DNA of 18,273 nt from Amoebophrya sp. A120 (GCA_905178155.1 CAJINV010000001.1:2199889-2218161); one strand, 5' to 3'. Shown: positions 1-11,838, counted from the stretch's first letter. Notes: generated by a model not told the origin, from the sequence alone. Program-made: numbers and translations.

Positions 1-83
1 CCCTGACCTTCACGCCTCCCGGCGGTTGCCCTATATGGTAACGGCAACTGCCTTCGCGCTGCGTTTGCTAAGCAATATCGCAA

Positions 84-134
84 GCGCGCAGAGCGCGCGC
101 GCCGGCTTCGTGGGCCGGCGCGCGCTCTGCGCGC
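84..134. repeat. GC-rich inverted repeat (~21-bp stem, 2-nt bulge, 7-nt loop)
   Basis: GCGCGCAGAGCGCGCGCGCCGGC-TTCGTGG-GCCGGCGCGCGCTCTGCGCGC. Confidence 0.8.
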
Positions 135-310
135 GCGCGCGCACGCATTTGGTTACCAGATCAGTATTTATCAACTCGAAGTTGTATTGGCTCATTCAAA
201 CGACAAAAACACAATGACGATGTTCAGATGAACGAGTGCATCGATCCTGCACCATCTGCATCTGCTCGTGCTCCAGGGCACAGAAATCAAGCAAAGCTAT
301 GTTATCTATA

Positions 311-3300
311 CTCGTGGTAGTCGGTGGGTAGCCCGACCCAGGTGCGGACTTTGGTGTCGGGAATGATGAACTTGAGCGGGTCGTGCTCGGGCGGCATATG
401 GCTCTCAAACGTTACACTCTCAACTGTTACATGAATTTGTCATGCAAAAGCACCATCATCATCCACACGATCAAGCTGCTTCGCATGACAAATTTGCGAA
501 GGGCCAGTAAACAACGCCTAAATCTGTTCGGAATTTGTAATGCTACAGGTGCAGCCTCCCCCCTTCCACTTTTCCCATTCTTGCATCACAAATCCATGTA
601 ACAGTTGAGAATGTAACGTTTGAGAACCCCATACGGCAGCAAACACTCGTCTGGCATCTCGAATTGGACCTGCTCAGCGCCTATGAATTGCAAACATGTC
701 TACTGGGTCTGGAAGAATACAAACTTGTAATGCGTATTTCAGAACACAGAAAAATCTCTCATGCATACGTAGCAAAAGCTGCCCACTTTCTGTCACCAAA
801 GTGGGGAATTTGTCATGCAGATTCGGCATTGTGGAAGCTTCTCGAAACCTGTGATGCTAGAGCTTCCATACCAGACCTTCCGTGTCATGCAAAAACAGCA
901 TGACTCTTGCAGACCCAGACATATTTGCAATGCATAGCGCCGTCGTCCACCAAACCGCGCGGCCCCCGCACGTACTGCTCTTCGAAGCAGGCGTAACGCT
1001 GCTCGTACCGCCCTTGTGTCGGTCGCATGTGGTAGCCAGGGAGCGGAAGCTCTAAAGGCTCGTACATGAAAACCTTGTTGCGAAAATGAATGCGAATGCG
1101 ATGTTGCGAAAAATGCTGTTGAACAGCATCAAATAAACGCAGCTGCTTCACTCTTATTCATGGCGCACCGGCTTTCAAGATGTGGACAATATGATCAACA
1201 GCACGCGCCTGGAATCTTCATCTATCCTCCGAACTAAGCCCCTAATAAATACCTTGCAGTCTTCTCTTTCTATCAGCGGGAGCGGTTTGAATTGCAAAAA
1301 GTTTGCGCGGTCGGTGTTCAGCAACGGCTCGAAATCAAATTGTTTGTCTTCCTCGTCGGCACCCAGTGCGGACTCCGAGGTCGGCAGAATCGTTGGCAAA
1401 AGCAGCCGTGGCTGGTTCAAGACTATCCTGGGTAGCGGCGCCTTGCCCGCACGGTCAACTTCGAGTTGCGGTTCGAGGATGTCTTCGGCGTCCTCGTCGT
1501 CGTCTGAATTGGAGTTCAATTTCTGTTGCACTTGCAAATGCAAAAACCATGCCTGAACCTGCATTTCATCAACCTCCACCGAATGTACTAGAGGTCTTTT
1601 TGTTTTCTCACGAAGTAGAGCCCCAGTGTAAAAGAAGCAAAAACGCGAAGATGATGCTGTCGTGATGAAACTTCAGTCTACCTTTCTTGTCCTTCTGCTT
1701 ATCCTTCGGCGCGGAGGAGACCGCCGCCGCCTTATTTTCTGCTTCCACCCAGGCCTTACAGCTGGCGCGGTCTGTGACCTCGTTTTCCGCCAACGCTGCT
1801 TTCAGCTTCTCCAACCTTCGCCACGCGCGGAGTTGCATCAACAGCTTTGTCCCGGCGCGCACGAAGCGGTCGATGATTTGCAACCGCATCGCGAAGGAGT
1901 CGTTCGCGTACACATCCCAGCAGGGGGGAACCGCGCTCCGCCAGTCCAGCGGGAGGGGCACGCGGGTGTCGTTACTGGTTTCTTCCGAGTAGCGGTGGAC
2001 GTCCGCGGTCAGCGTTTTCGTGAGCAAGTGGGTCTGTATGACAGTGCACAACCCCCCCTCCCCCAACTTTGTCATGCAAAACACCCAATCCACCCTTTCA
2101 AAGGGTGGATTGGGTGTTTTGCCTCTTGGCACTGTTTGCGTGACAAGTTCTGCTTCTGGCAGCCCAAAGAGCACTGCAAATGGAAATACAATCCAGTGCA
2201 AATTTGTCATGCAAAACCGGCACTCTTGCTGATGCTTGTGTTGCCGTTCATGCTATACAAATGAGGGCAAGGCGGAGCTGTGCACTCTCATAGTCTGCAA
2301 AGCCGCGCGCTTGTCGCGGACCGCCTGCTTCTCCTGATATGCATTGCAAATGTGTCTGGGTCTCAAAGGATGCAACTTGTCATGCTAAGTCTGGATAGTG
2401 CAAAAATTTGTGTTGCATGATTACCAAAAGGTGTCCACTTCTGAACAAGTTTAGCGGCAGTTTGTCATGCAGGATAGACATGATAGAGACTTCGCAGAAC
2501 CTGTCGTGCTAGGTCCTGCATTGCAGACCTCATGGGGCATGGAAAATATGCATGACAAGTTTGCATTCTTCCACACCCAGACATTTGCATTTAATACCTG
2601 GTTGGTCATTACCACCTCGCCGAGGCAGACTTGCGTGCCCTTCAAGTCCTTGGCTTTGTCGTACCTGTAGTACAGGGGGAAACCGATGTTATGATGATGT
2701 TTGGTGAATCTCATTTTTGTTTTTCCGCACTCTTTCCTTGCGCTTGCCCACCGCCACCACATTCACAACGATATAGGGCATATAATTTCTGAGGTATTGC
2801 GACTTTTGATCCTGTTCCTGCTCCTGCTGGCAACACACCACACCTTTGTAAAGAAGTACTCTTGCAAGTCTCGGTATTTCATGTCGAAGCGGAGTTCCCG
2901 CGCTTGCCTGTCTTGTGCAGTTTCCTCCGTTTCGTCCTTCTCTTCCGTCGCCTCCCCGGCGGCTGCTTTGCGCTCGATATCCTATGTAAAAACGTCCCCA
3001 CCGGAGAGTTAGTTTCTCATGCGCAACCCCATTAATACGAGGAGCATTTTCTAATGCTGTCTTGGACTTTGTTATGCTCGAAACAGGAAGAGACGCTAGA
3101 TTTGTGATGTGGTTTCACTAGCCAAAAACAGCTACACTACTGACCCAAACTCGTCATGCGCAACAGCCAAAACTTCTCGATCTGTGTTCGCAAAATTGAT
3201 TCCCATCTTGCCTGTCGCGGGGGGACCACGAATTTCATCAGGATACTCGGTTTCGTTCAGTTGCTCGCGTTGCTCCCGAATGAACTCCGCTAGATCGGCG

Positions 3301-4853
3301 AGCGGCATTTTGCCCGCAGTCTGGTTCATGACGAAATTTATGTGGTGCTGCCCATACACTTCCTCGAGCGGAACCTGGTGAGATTTTTTTGCATTTTTGT
3401 TCTTTTTTCTGTTTGCATGTACGTGATTTTTACGCAAAGAAGTGTCCGTCAAGATGCCGGTGAAAACCAGCCGTAAGTCCTGCAAAGTAAAAACGGTAAA
3501 ACGAGCAAGCATTTTATCAATACCTACCTTGATGTCGTCGACCGTTTTGTATTTTTGTGGAACGGGCTTCACGAAGGGTTTGTCCACGAAGGGGTCGTTT
3601 TTTCTGTCGAGCAGAATTTTCACCCGGTCTTCCAAGTCCGATTTTGCGCGTTCTCGCTGCACTTTTCGGTACTCCCTCTCCCCGACGGTGACCACCTCTG
3701 CCTTGGACAAGTCCGACAAGCAGTTCCCCAAAATGTTCACGATACTCGGCTGGGAGTCAAACTGCGCGATTTCGACGGAAATTTTCATCGTGCTGGTGCG
3801 GTGGTGCGTGGGCATGTACGTGATTGCGACGTTGGTGGTGGACTCGGGGAGGATAATGCCCCGCAGCGGAGAAATCTCAAACGCTTCGTCCTTTTCCAAA
3901 ATCTTGATCTCGAACTCAAACTCCACTGGTATCCGGCACGAAAGGGGGAGGAGCTGTTGTTTTCAGTTTTGATTATTATTTCTTCCCGTGTCGACGGGAC
4001 CTGTGAGACCTTGTAACCCTCTCTAGCGGGGGCCGTACGAAACGAGAAGATGAAGTTTACTTTTTTGTTAGGCGAACCGAAACAACGAAATCTAGCGTCA
4101 CCTTCGTTTTCGACGTGGCCAATCCTAGTGTGCCGAAGTCTATGTAGCTCGGCAAGGGCGTGTCGTTGGCTGAGGGGTAGCCGTGTATTGGCACTAGAAG
4201 ATTCTCATCCTGCTTCCCCGTGAAAACTTGCAGATTGTCGTGGTAATATCGCCACTCGCTGGGCGTGAAAAAAACCTCCACTTCCTCTGCCATTCCGGGA
4301 GCCAGCAGGCCGCGCTTCTCGAAACTGCAGTAGAGTTTGCAAATTGCTACGAGGTAAAGTAGTTTTTCATTCGTGAGCTTCACCAGGCTCGGCGTTGGCG
4401 TTGCATTCATGCGAGCATGAGTAACTGGTGCACATGCACAAGGAAAAAAAAACGAAAACTACGTTGTAGGTAATCCACTTACTTTATCCGAAAGGCTTTT
4501 TCAGCCGACGGCGGCAACACCATGACTCGCAGGGCCTTTCCGGAGATGTTTCGTATTGTAAAAACCTGCTTGTGTTCCTTGTGTATCTGAAATCCACCAA
4601 AATGCAGTATGCCCGGCTTCACCGCTACCTTCACATTTTGTCGCAGCTTTTCAAACGGGTACTTCTTCAGCAGTAGATTCTGCGCATTCTCGTCGTCCGT
4701 TCGCCGGGCTCCAAGTTCCGCGGGCACGAACAGCGTCGGTTCCTCGGGTACCACCGGGGGGAGGTTCGTCGCATGTTCGGCCGCGCTCGGGGGTTGCTGT
4801 TGCCCGCTTCGCATCTGCGAAGACGAGCTAGAGGAGGGAGTTTGTTCTGGCAT
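311..4853 (-). CDS. CFAP221: Cilia- and flagella-associated protein 221 (PCDP1) homologue, multi-exon, >768 aa, 3' end unresolved. Hand-built exons: 4853-4483, 4324-4102, 3953-3528, 3374-3244, 2979-2860, 2664-2595, 2339-2291, 2038-1682, ~1530-1253, 1073-935, 683-632, 398-~311
   Basis: Spliced N-terminal region reads KPGILHFGGFQIHKEHKQ...RVMVLPP...GLLAPG...FTPSEWRYYHD...LLVPIHGYP...PSYIDFG...PLSCRIPVEFEF...FEISPLRGII...EIAQFDSQP, matching my recollection of the CFAP221 ASH-like region (PGIIHFGGY, FSPDEWRYYYD, LLVPIHAYP, PLQCSCPVDFEF). GT-AG introns at 4325-4482, 3954-4101, 3375-3527, 2665-2859, ~1531-1681 (acceptor uncertain) and 1074-1252, plus five TIR elements, join the exons in frame. The start may lie further upstream (open frame and a CAG near 4913). 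Confidence 0.88.
399..631. mobile_element. TIR introner/MITE, family B (233 nt)
   Basis: ~50-bp imperfect TIR TATGG..TCTCAAACGTTACA(C/T)TCTCAACTGTTACATG(A/G)ATTTGT(C/G)ATGCAA, with TA on both sides. Removal gives CCG TAT ATG (LLPY-MPPEHDPLKF). Confidence 0.9.
684..934. mobile_element. TIR introner/MITE, family A (251 nt), orientation 1
   Basis: Ends TATGAATTGCAAACATGTC..CTGGGTCTGGAAG and CTTGCAGACCCAGACATATTTGCAATGCATA. Removal gives GCT ATA GGC (DDGA-IGAEQV). Confidence 0.9.
2039..2290. mobile_element. TIR introner/MITE, family C (252 nt)
   Basis: Ends TATGACAGTGCACAAC and GCTGTGCACTCTCATA; homologous to 13846-14076. Removal gives ACT ATA CAG (ALQT-IQTHLL). Confidence 0.88.
2340..2594. mobile_element. 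TIR introner/MITE, family A (255 nt), orientation 1
   Basis: Ends TATGCATTGCAAATGTGTCTGGGTCT and CTTCCACACCCAGACATTTGCATTTAATA; interior similar to 10060-10322. Removal gives GTA TAT CAG (TNQV-YQEKQ). Confidence 0.9.
2980..3243. mobile_element. TIR introner/MITE, family D (264 nt)
   Basis: Left end TATCCTATGTAAAAACGTCCCCAC is identical over 24 bp to 13464-13487; degenerate right end GGGGGACCACGAATTTCATCAGGATA. Removal gives GAG TAT ATC (NETEY-IERK). Confidence 0.85.
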
Positions 4854-7800
4854 GGTCTTCGGAAGTGCTGATGGTGAAGATGGAGGGAGTGCCGGCGCAA
4901 GGGCACGAACCTTCTGTAGATTCCAAGGCTAGTAGCCTGTCTGAGCCCGGAAGTCGCGATGTTGGCGTTACTTCAATGTGGAAATCGCCAGGTGGTCACC
5001 CTTTGAGCACCGCCAGTATTTCTTGTCCTCGATTTCGAAAAACGGATTTTGTCGGACAGCCATGCAGTACTCGGGTTCGGGAGAAACATCTTCCCTATCT
5101 ACCCGTTGCAATCCCTCCAGTCAATTGACCGCAAAGGAGCGCCTGCCCTGCTTCGGTGTTTCCACATTGCGACACAGAACCAAGGACAGACGGATGACCG
5201 GACGGGGAGATGCGTTGCTTGTCCTCTATCGTGCGGTCTGCGGAATCGGCATCTTCAGGCGGCGCAATCAAGGTCGCGACTGTGCAGCTCTGAGCCTCGT
5301 CTCTCTTGTCCAGCCGACTGTAGTGCCTGCTCGTGCTCCTGATGAATGATTTGCAAAAATTCCCGCACTGATTCTGAAAGAAGAACGATCTCCGATTCTC
5401 AAGGGCTGCGGCCCACGTGCAGCCTTACATTGGAAAAAAACTAACTTCCGAGTGCTCGCAACAACAGACCACGGCACTCACGACAACTCAGATGAAGCTA
5501 GTCGCTCCCGGCTTCCCGGCTGGACAGACTGACACAACCGTCAACAGGCTCGGGCCACCCAGGACACTCAAGCGAAGTAGCGCTCAGACCCAGGGGCCGC
5601 TCGTTTCTTTATCACAGCTGCAGCCTGTACCCACACTACCCTCTACCTGTGCTGCGTGCTTGCGAACAGACAGGGAGATATAAACGGCGCAAGCGGTCGC
5701 CATTATCGCAACCCAGGAGGAGGCGTACAGGACGCCCCATTTTCGGAGGGCGGCCCAATTAATCCAAACGCAAAGAACAACAAAATAATGAAAGGGCCCG
5801 AAGCTGGCATCGTGGCGCCGCCCCTAATGCGAATTGCCGTCGGCCTAAGTAGTCAAAACCGCGGCTGCGGCGCGCTGGGAGTTGAACGAAGTGCGCGGCC
5901 CCGGCTGGTGCGGCGCTGGCATCCAAACAAGAAACAAAGACGCCCCTGAAGGAAACACAACTCCCTCACGCACCCTCCTTGCCTTCTACCGGCCGGCGGC
6001 ATAGCAGGGGGGGGCGGCGAGAGGGCGCGGCGGCGCCGCCGTCCGAACAATACCGAGGGGCCGCCGGCCTGCGGGCGAAGAATGAAAGCTGCCTGGCGGG
6101 CGCGGCCTCGGCATAATGGGCGCCAGACAAATCGCGCAGCCACAAAACCGCGCGGCGGCCCGCCCCTTTCGTTTCTGTAGCACCTCCCTGGGCCGGCGCT
6201 TTCGGAGCTTGGCTGGGCCGCGTTCGGGGCCCGGCGCCGTTCTCGGCCCCGGCCCGCGCCAGGCGCGGCGGGGCACCTTAAAGCGCGAAAAAACAAGAAG
6301 CGGGCGCCATGCCTGTGCTTCTTGATGCCCGCGCCTAGGGCTTCCATCTATGTACCTACGGGCGCAGGCCGGTCAGGATGAAGACGAAGCGCGTGCGAAA
6401 ATCAACCGCCGGCGCTAACTATCGCTTGCGGGCGGTGGGGCGCCCCAAATAGTTGCAGCAGCCGGTCTTGCCGCTGGTTCGTACGTTCCGGACCTTTGCC
6501 GGCTTTGGTCTCTTGCCGTTCCCACCTCCCCGGTTGTCTTGCAAGTCTGGCCCGATAACTCCCGCAGCCCGCCCCTCGCAATCAAACGCTGGCAACCCCC
6601 CCGCCCCCTCCTCGGTCGGTGGAGGGCCCACCGGCTTTGGGGTCCAGAAACTTCGGGGGCCCGAGCGATCAGCTCGGCGCAAGATGAAGAAGCGCAAAAT
6701 AAACACTCAGCGCGAAAGCCCCGGCGCCTCTGGAAAATTGCGGAGCGGCAACACTACTCGCGCGGAGCGATCTATCAACGGGCCGGGCCATGTAGTTGCA
6801 ACTTGTCGAGGGGCAGGGGCAATAGCCCAGGTCCCCGACGGGTGCCACACGTCCACGGAACTGCTGCGGCCGCGGCCTTGGTGACGGCGCTTGCGCTAAT
6901 AGCCGCACTTCAACCAGCACAACCGGCCGCCACTTTCTTCCAAGGCCGGGCCGGCAGCGTAGCCACTTGCGCCGGACTCTGCGCGCCGGCCCCCCGTCGC
7001 GAAAGGAAGCCCCGCATGCTTGCAGCCACGCCAGCTAGCGGCGGGCGAAGGAAGGCCGGGCCCGGCGCAGCTAAATTGCAGGCCGCCGCTTGGGCACGAG
7101 GAAAGCTCCAAAGCGCCGCCGTCACGCCCCGAGAGCGAGTTTGCAAAAACCCACAAGCCTCAGGCGGCCAATATTGCGCAGCGCCAAAGCCGCGCCCCGG
7201 CCCCCCAAATACCACCTGCCATTGTTTCATTCTTGGGCATGCCGCGGCCGACCGATTGCACCGGGGCCACGCCGCAGGAGGGACATACCCCCGCCCTCTC
7301 CCTTCTATCCTCGCGCCGCCCGGCCGGCCTGCTGGCCCTGCAGAATTTCTCCAAGGTGTTGCGAGGTTGTCAACCACGGCCGTGGTAAGGCGCGCCTGGT
7401 ATTCCATGCATGTCCCGGAACGCTTCGCCAAGGGCGTCGGCTGCGGTGCTGAGTTTGGTGCCCTTACGGAAACGCCGCGACACAGCGCACGCCTGCGCCG
7501 GCAGGGCGGCGCGTTCTTACTTTTAGCCTTAGCGGCCTCGCTGGGCCGGCGGGCCTCTACTTAAAAGGGCGCGCGACGCCCCGCGCCCGTCTTGGCCTCA
7601 AAGCCGAAGATAGCTTGGGCTACAAGTAAGCAAAAAACTGCAAAAAAAATCCAGCGCGCGGCCGGAAATTCAGAAGCGCGCAGCCAGTTAGGTTCCGGCT
7701 GCTGCAGCTGGTTGCATAGCCCCTGCAAGCTCGCCCTCATTAGGGAGGCTAAAAGTGGCGCCAAGGTATCGATGTCACTTTCTCAAATCATCTGAAACAG

Positions 7801-8537
7801 GAGGCCTAGGCTAGTGGTCTCAGGTGGAAAAAATCATTGTGCTGAGGCACAATCAGATCGAAGGAGTTAACTTGTCAAATGTGAATGCCACGCTGCTTAT
7901 TGCTTGTTGCTGGACCACGTGAACAAACATCAAGCGTAAAAGCGCACATGCCATTTCTGGTTCATCCGCTTCTCCTCATATGGCTCCTCATCATCATTAT
8001 CTATTAATTTCATCTATACATCAAATCGACAGCAGTTCATTATTCAGCGGCTTGTCTTGTCTTGTCGAATAGTCCTCAGATGAAGGGAGCAAAAAGGATC
8101 CCTCGTCGCTTTTCATCACCTTCAAGGGTGGCTCGACCTCCATCAGGGGGAGTCTATTCGCCTTCGCGTTCCCGATCGCCGCAGGGTGAACGTGACATGG
8201 CCTTCTAGCTAGGTTTGGCTCCGACGTAGCCGATCAGGCAATTACAGAGACACAGGCGAGAGTGGGCGTGACATGGAGAAGATAAAACTCACGCTCTTCA
8301 TCTTCAACTTCACTGGGCCCTTCGCCCTTTGACCGTCTTCTGCATCGCCTTCCAGTCGACTCGTGACCCGCTGCTTCCTTCTCATCCATTCCACCGATTG
8401 CGTTCATTGCACTGCTTTGCAGCAAGGTCAGTCAGCTGTTTGTCACGCACGACTGGGGCACATCGCTCCTCTGCGTCGCCCAGGCATCCTGCGTTCTTTC
8501 ACAGCAGCTCGTTCATCTACTCCGCGCTGTTCTTTTA

Positions 8538-9371
8538 TCAAGCCTGCGTGGTCGAGGTCGTCGTCGTCTTGCTCAACCTGGCTTCCAATTCCGCCTGCAC
8601 CATGGTCATGTTCATTTCGAAGGTCTGGATCAACCGCCGCAGTTCCTGCGTGGACTTGTTCCGAAAATCCGTCGCTTCGGTATCCCCCTCCAAATCGTGC
8701 AGCTCCGTCTCCAGCGCCTGCCGTTCCTTCAGCAGAGTCGCCACCTCCTCGTTCAACTCGTCAAAACGGGTTTGCAACTCCTTTTCCTCCTTCACCGCGT
8801 CGGCGTCGTCGGACCGCGTCCGCAGCGTCTCCTCGCACTTGAACAGGCTCTCGATCGCGTTGCTCAAGTACCCCTGAAAATCGTCCTCCCAGGTGCGGTT
8901 CGTAGAAGATGCGGCGGGCTGGAGAGAGGAAGGGGAACGCGGCAGATCGCCTGCATTGCGATTTCGGTAATATACATGGTGCATTTCCTTTTTCAACATC
9001 CGCATCAGGAGGCGGGAACAGGAAGAACAAGAACTCTTGCAGACATATTAATTTGCGCACATAAACGACAAGTAAAAACCGCGAAGATTGTAGCTCGCTA
9101 ATGTTCTACATGAACTTTGTGAATCGCGAGTACCTATTATCGGACTTCGCACAGTGAGCCGGTTTATGAGCGCTTGGTCATGGGGCTCGAAAAATTCGTC
9201 ATTGAGGTTCTGTGGCGGTGGTGCCGGCCCAGCCGGTTTCGTAGAAGTACTGCCTGAAGACGCGGACGCTGGTGGTGCGGTCTTTTTCGCGGCGGGAGCT
9301 GCGGCCGCGGCACTCGGAGCTTTACCCAAAACACCACTGCGCCACGCGGCTTCATCAGCTGAGTCCGTCAT
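8538..9371 (-). CDS. Hypothetical coiled-coil protein, ~184 aa, two exons (9371-9153, 8873-8538)
   Basis: ORFs 9048-9419 and 8538-9005 join in frame via a GT...TTTTCAG intron at 8874-9152 (DQALINRLT|GYLSNAIESLF). The N-terminus is A/P/S-rich and the C-terminus is E/L/K-rich and heptad-like. No family recognised. Confidence 0.7.
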
Positions 9372-9937
9372 CTTTGTTGTGACAATATTTTTATCACGTT
9401 CTGTCTCGTCAGAAAGCAAAAAGCAAAGCTTTTCATTTAAGTCTTGATGTGCTTCTTCTCTTCAAGATCCATACGCACAATAATCTCGACGCCCTCACGA
9501 CGACCGTCGTCGTCGCTTCAGTTAGTTGTAAATCCTAATCCTCACACACAGACATATTAACTACCTTGATGTTCCGCTGCAACAGGAGCGGGTGAGACTA
9601 CACGGTTACACAAAAAGACTTTGTGCAGAACAACGGGAACAACGTCCACTCAACCGACTTACGAGAACCACCGCGAACGCGCTTCATACGCCGTTGAGGC
9701 TTATGACCAACAATAAAGTGTCGACGCGTATTCACCCCGCGCGGGTTAAAATTCTCATGTGAAATGGTGCATGGCCCTTTGTTCTTTCTCACAACTGCGG
9801 TTTCTGTAACACTGCTAAGGGAACATCAATCAATGCTGTGGTCGTAGTCGTTCGTAAATGATTTTACTTTTTCTTATTATTGCGCTAGTAGACACAAACA
9901 GAAACAACTTCAAGACGTTTAAGTTTATTCTGTCTCG

Positions 9938-10884
9938 TCAAGAATCGATGGATTTCTTCCAGAAGTTTGGGTTTTGCGTTAATTTTCTTCGAAAGGAGTC
10001 GAACCACTGCTCCAGTGCCCCGATCGGGACGAGTTTCTCTTGCACCAACGCCTGCCCTATCAAATGCGAAAATGTCTGGGTCTGGAAGAATGCAACTTGT
10101 CATGCTAAATCTGAAGCATGCAAAAATCGGTGTTGCATGATTACCAAAAGTCGTCCAGTTTTGACCACGTCGGGAGGGAGTTTCTCATGCAGGATAGGCA
10201 TGAGAGAGATCGCACAGAATCTGTCATGCTAGGTCCTGCATTCCAGACCTCATGCCATGGGTCATGGAAAAGCTGCATGACAAGTCTGACAATCTTCCAG
10301 ACCCAGACATTTTTGCAATCCATATGCCCCCGCGTTCGCCACTGCTCCTCGGTGAGGATCCACCCGCTCATGTGGTCATAGCAGTTCTGCGCGAGCGCCT
10401 TCACGAATGTGAGGTAGTCCGTCTGCTGCTGCTGCACCTGCTGCTCTTTGGGCACGATTTTCTGCTGTATTGCGGACAGCGGCTCGACGAGCACCCCTAT
10501 CCTCGTAAACTGCGGCTCGGGTGTGACCGCGACGATCGCCGTTTCTGTAGGAGCTGCCGACAACATGGCTGGCTGTGCGGGCGGCGAGTTCGACGCACTG
10601 CTCTTCGTACTGGCGGACGAGGAAACGCGGAAGATCGCGGAGGGTTTGTCATTGGCCAAATGCCCGAGGAACTTGAAGCCGTTGTCGGACAACATGAGGT
10701 AGACAGACGCGCCATGGTTCTCCGGCAACGCTTGCGCGCCGGTGAGAAAGAGAACCAAATGCTGCAGCTGGGAGTGCGGCACTGGAAGCTGGAACATAAT
10801 CTCGTTGTCGCTCATTATCTGCCCGTTCACTTGCACCGGCTGACCGGGGAGAATTAACCCGATCACGTTGCTCGTTGCGGCCAT
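9938..10884 (-). CDS. HIKESHI: Hikeshi/OPI10-family (DUF775) Hsp70 nuclear import carrier homologue, 227 aa, exons 10884-10323 and 10059-9938
   Basis: Motifs GLILPGQP, HLVLFLTG..LP...GASVY, FKFLGHLANDKPSAIFRV and IGVLVEPL. After removing the TIR element the family C-terminus LVPIGALEQWFDSFRRKLTQNPNFWK appears in frame, ending in TGA at 9938-9940. Confidence 0.88.
10060..10322. mobile_element. TIR introner/MITE, family A (263 nt), orientation 1, in the Hikeshi gene
   Basis: Ends TATCAAATGCGAAAATGTCTGGGTCTGGAAG and CTTCCAGACCCAGACATTTTTGCAATCCATA. Removal gives CAT ATA GGG and restores the conserved C-terminus. Confidence 0.93.
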
Positions 10885-11838
10885 GATTGATGGATCTTGT
10901 TCGGATTCAAAAGTACTAGAGTCGGATGAAATAATGATTGAAATAGCGACAGAAGTAGAGGATGAGGCCTATCAGTTTCAACGTGTGCTGTCGCTCTCCT
11001 CATCCGTAATGAGCAATACGGATATTTACTGCTTCCAATAGACTCGTCAGCAGGGGACTAGGACTCTGGACTCTCGATCTCGTCGTTTTAACTACCAATA
11101 TCAGGAAACAATGACTTCTAATTCATCTGTTTGATAGTGCAAACTCTAACTCTTTCTTAAATTTCTAGAAGATGTTGAGATGACCCTGCAACTAGAAGCA
11201 AATTATGAAACAGAGATACTAGTATGCATTGCCCAGCGGTTTGCCTTCGCCGATGCATTTGCAGTTTTGTTTGTCGTCGATTCTTTCATTGTGTGATTCT
11301 GGAGTAAGATGCCGTTGTGAAAATCATCCTCCAATGAATTTTGATCTACCAATGTGTATGCATGCAAAAATTTTGTACAGGATGTGTGGTTCCGCTTCGT
11401 TGAGACGACTATATCAAATTCCAAAAAAGTTACTACATGTATGATGAAACAAAAACGATTTTTGTGCGCTACTCAAGCGGTAATCTGCTTGATGCGCTCC
11501 GTTCATACTGCTAGGAAATTTTGAAAGATTAAGATTTACGATTGGAAAAACTATGGTGAAAACAGATCTGACTAGAAGAAGTCATCCTGTTTCTGAGCTA
11601 GAATTTCTGCTATTGTTCCGAAGACTAAAAGATAACTGCTCATCAAAGATAAAGATTGTAAATGTAAACTCCGAATAAAACAGGTTAACGGAAAACTACC
11701 GATTCTTCTGGTGGTTGTAGTTCGAGTTCCACTGTAATTGTACAGAATAGTAATGATTTGACCTGGAGATGAATTATTCTTGCAGATGAAGTGTACTGTT
11801 GCTGACACTTCTACCCAGCAAAAAATCTCATCATCCCG

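Noticed and set aside
3375-3527. 51-codon in-frame stretch within ORF 3132-3926 as coding sequence
   Set aside because: It is bounded by AAG|GTAGGT and CACCAG|GT, is A-rich and has the typical local intron size. It is most likely a stop-free 3n intron, though retention cannot be excluded.
6539-7564. 341-aa plus-strand ORF and overlapping ORFs
   Set aside because: Non-ATG start, A/P/R/G-biased composition expected from high GC, no motifs, and opposite to the strand of all supported genes.
8211-8232. TTTGGCTC and CGTAGCC fragments resembling the dinoflagellate spliced leader
   Set aside because: The fragments are short and in the wrong order; no full SL sequence was seen in the window.
8000-8425. 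Minus-strand frame open for ~140 codons apart from one TGA at 8234-8236 (possible readthrough or pseudogene)
   Set aside because: No recognisable homology or splice support; could be chance in a 3' region.
9033-9063. ACTCTTGCAGACATATTAATTTGCGCACATA resembling a family A right end inside a canonical intron
   Set aside because: No matching left TIR or internal motif found; at most a relic.
10060-10322. U12-type AT-AC introns
   Set aside because: One register starts with AT, but the 3' ends are variable (TG, CC, TC, GC, GG), not AC. The ATCCT in family D is part of a TIR present at both ends.
11223-11370. TATGCATTGC and TATGCATGCAAAAA resembling element ends in intergenic DNA
   Set aside because: Both face the same way, lack the GTCTGGGTCTGG core and have no inverted partner.
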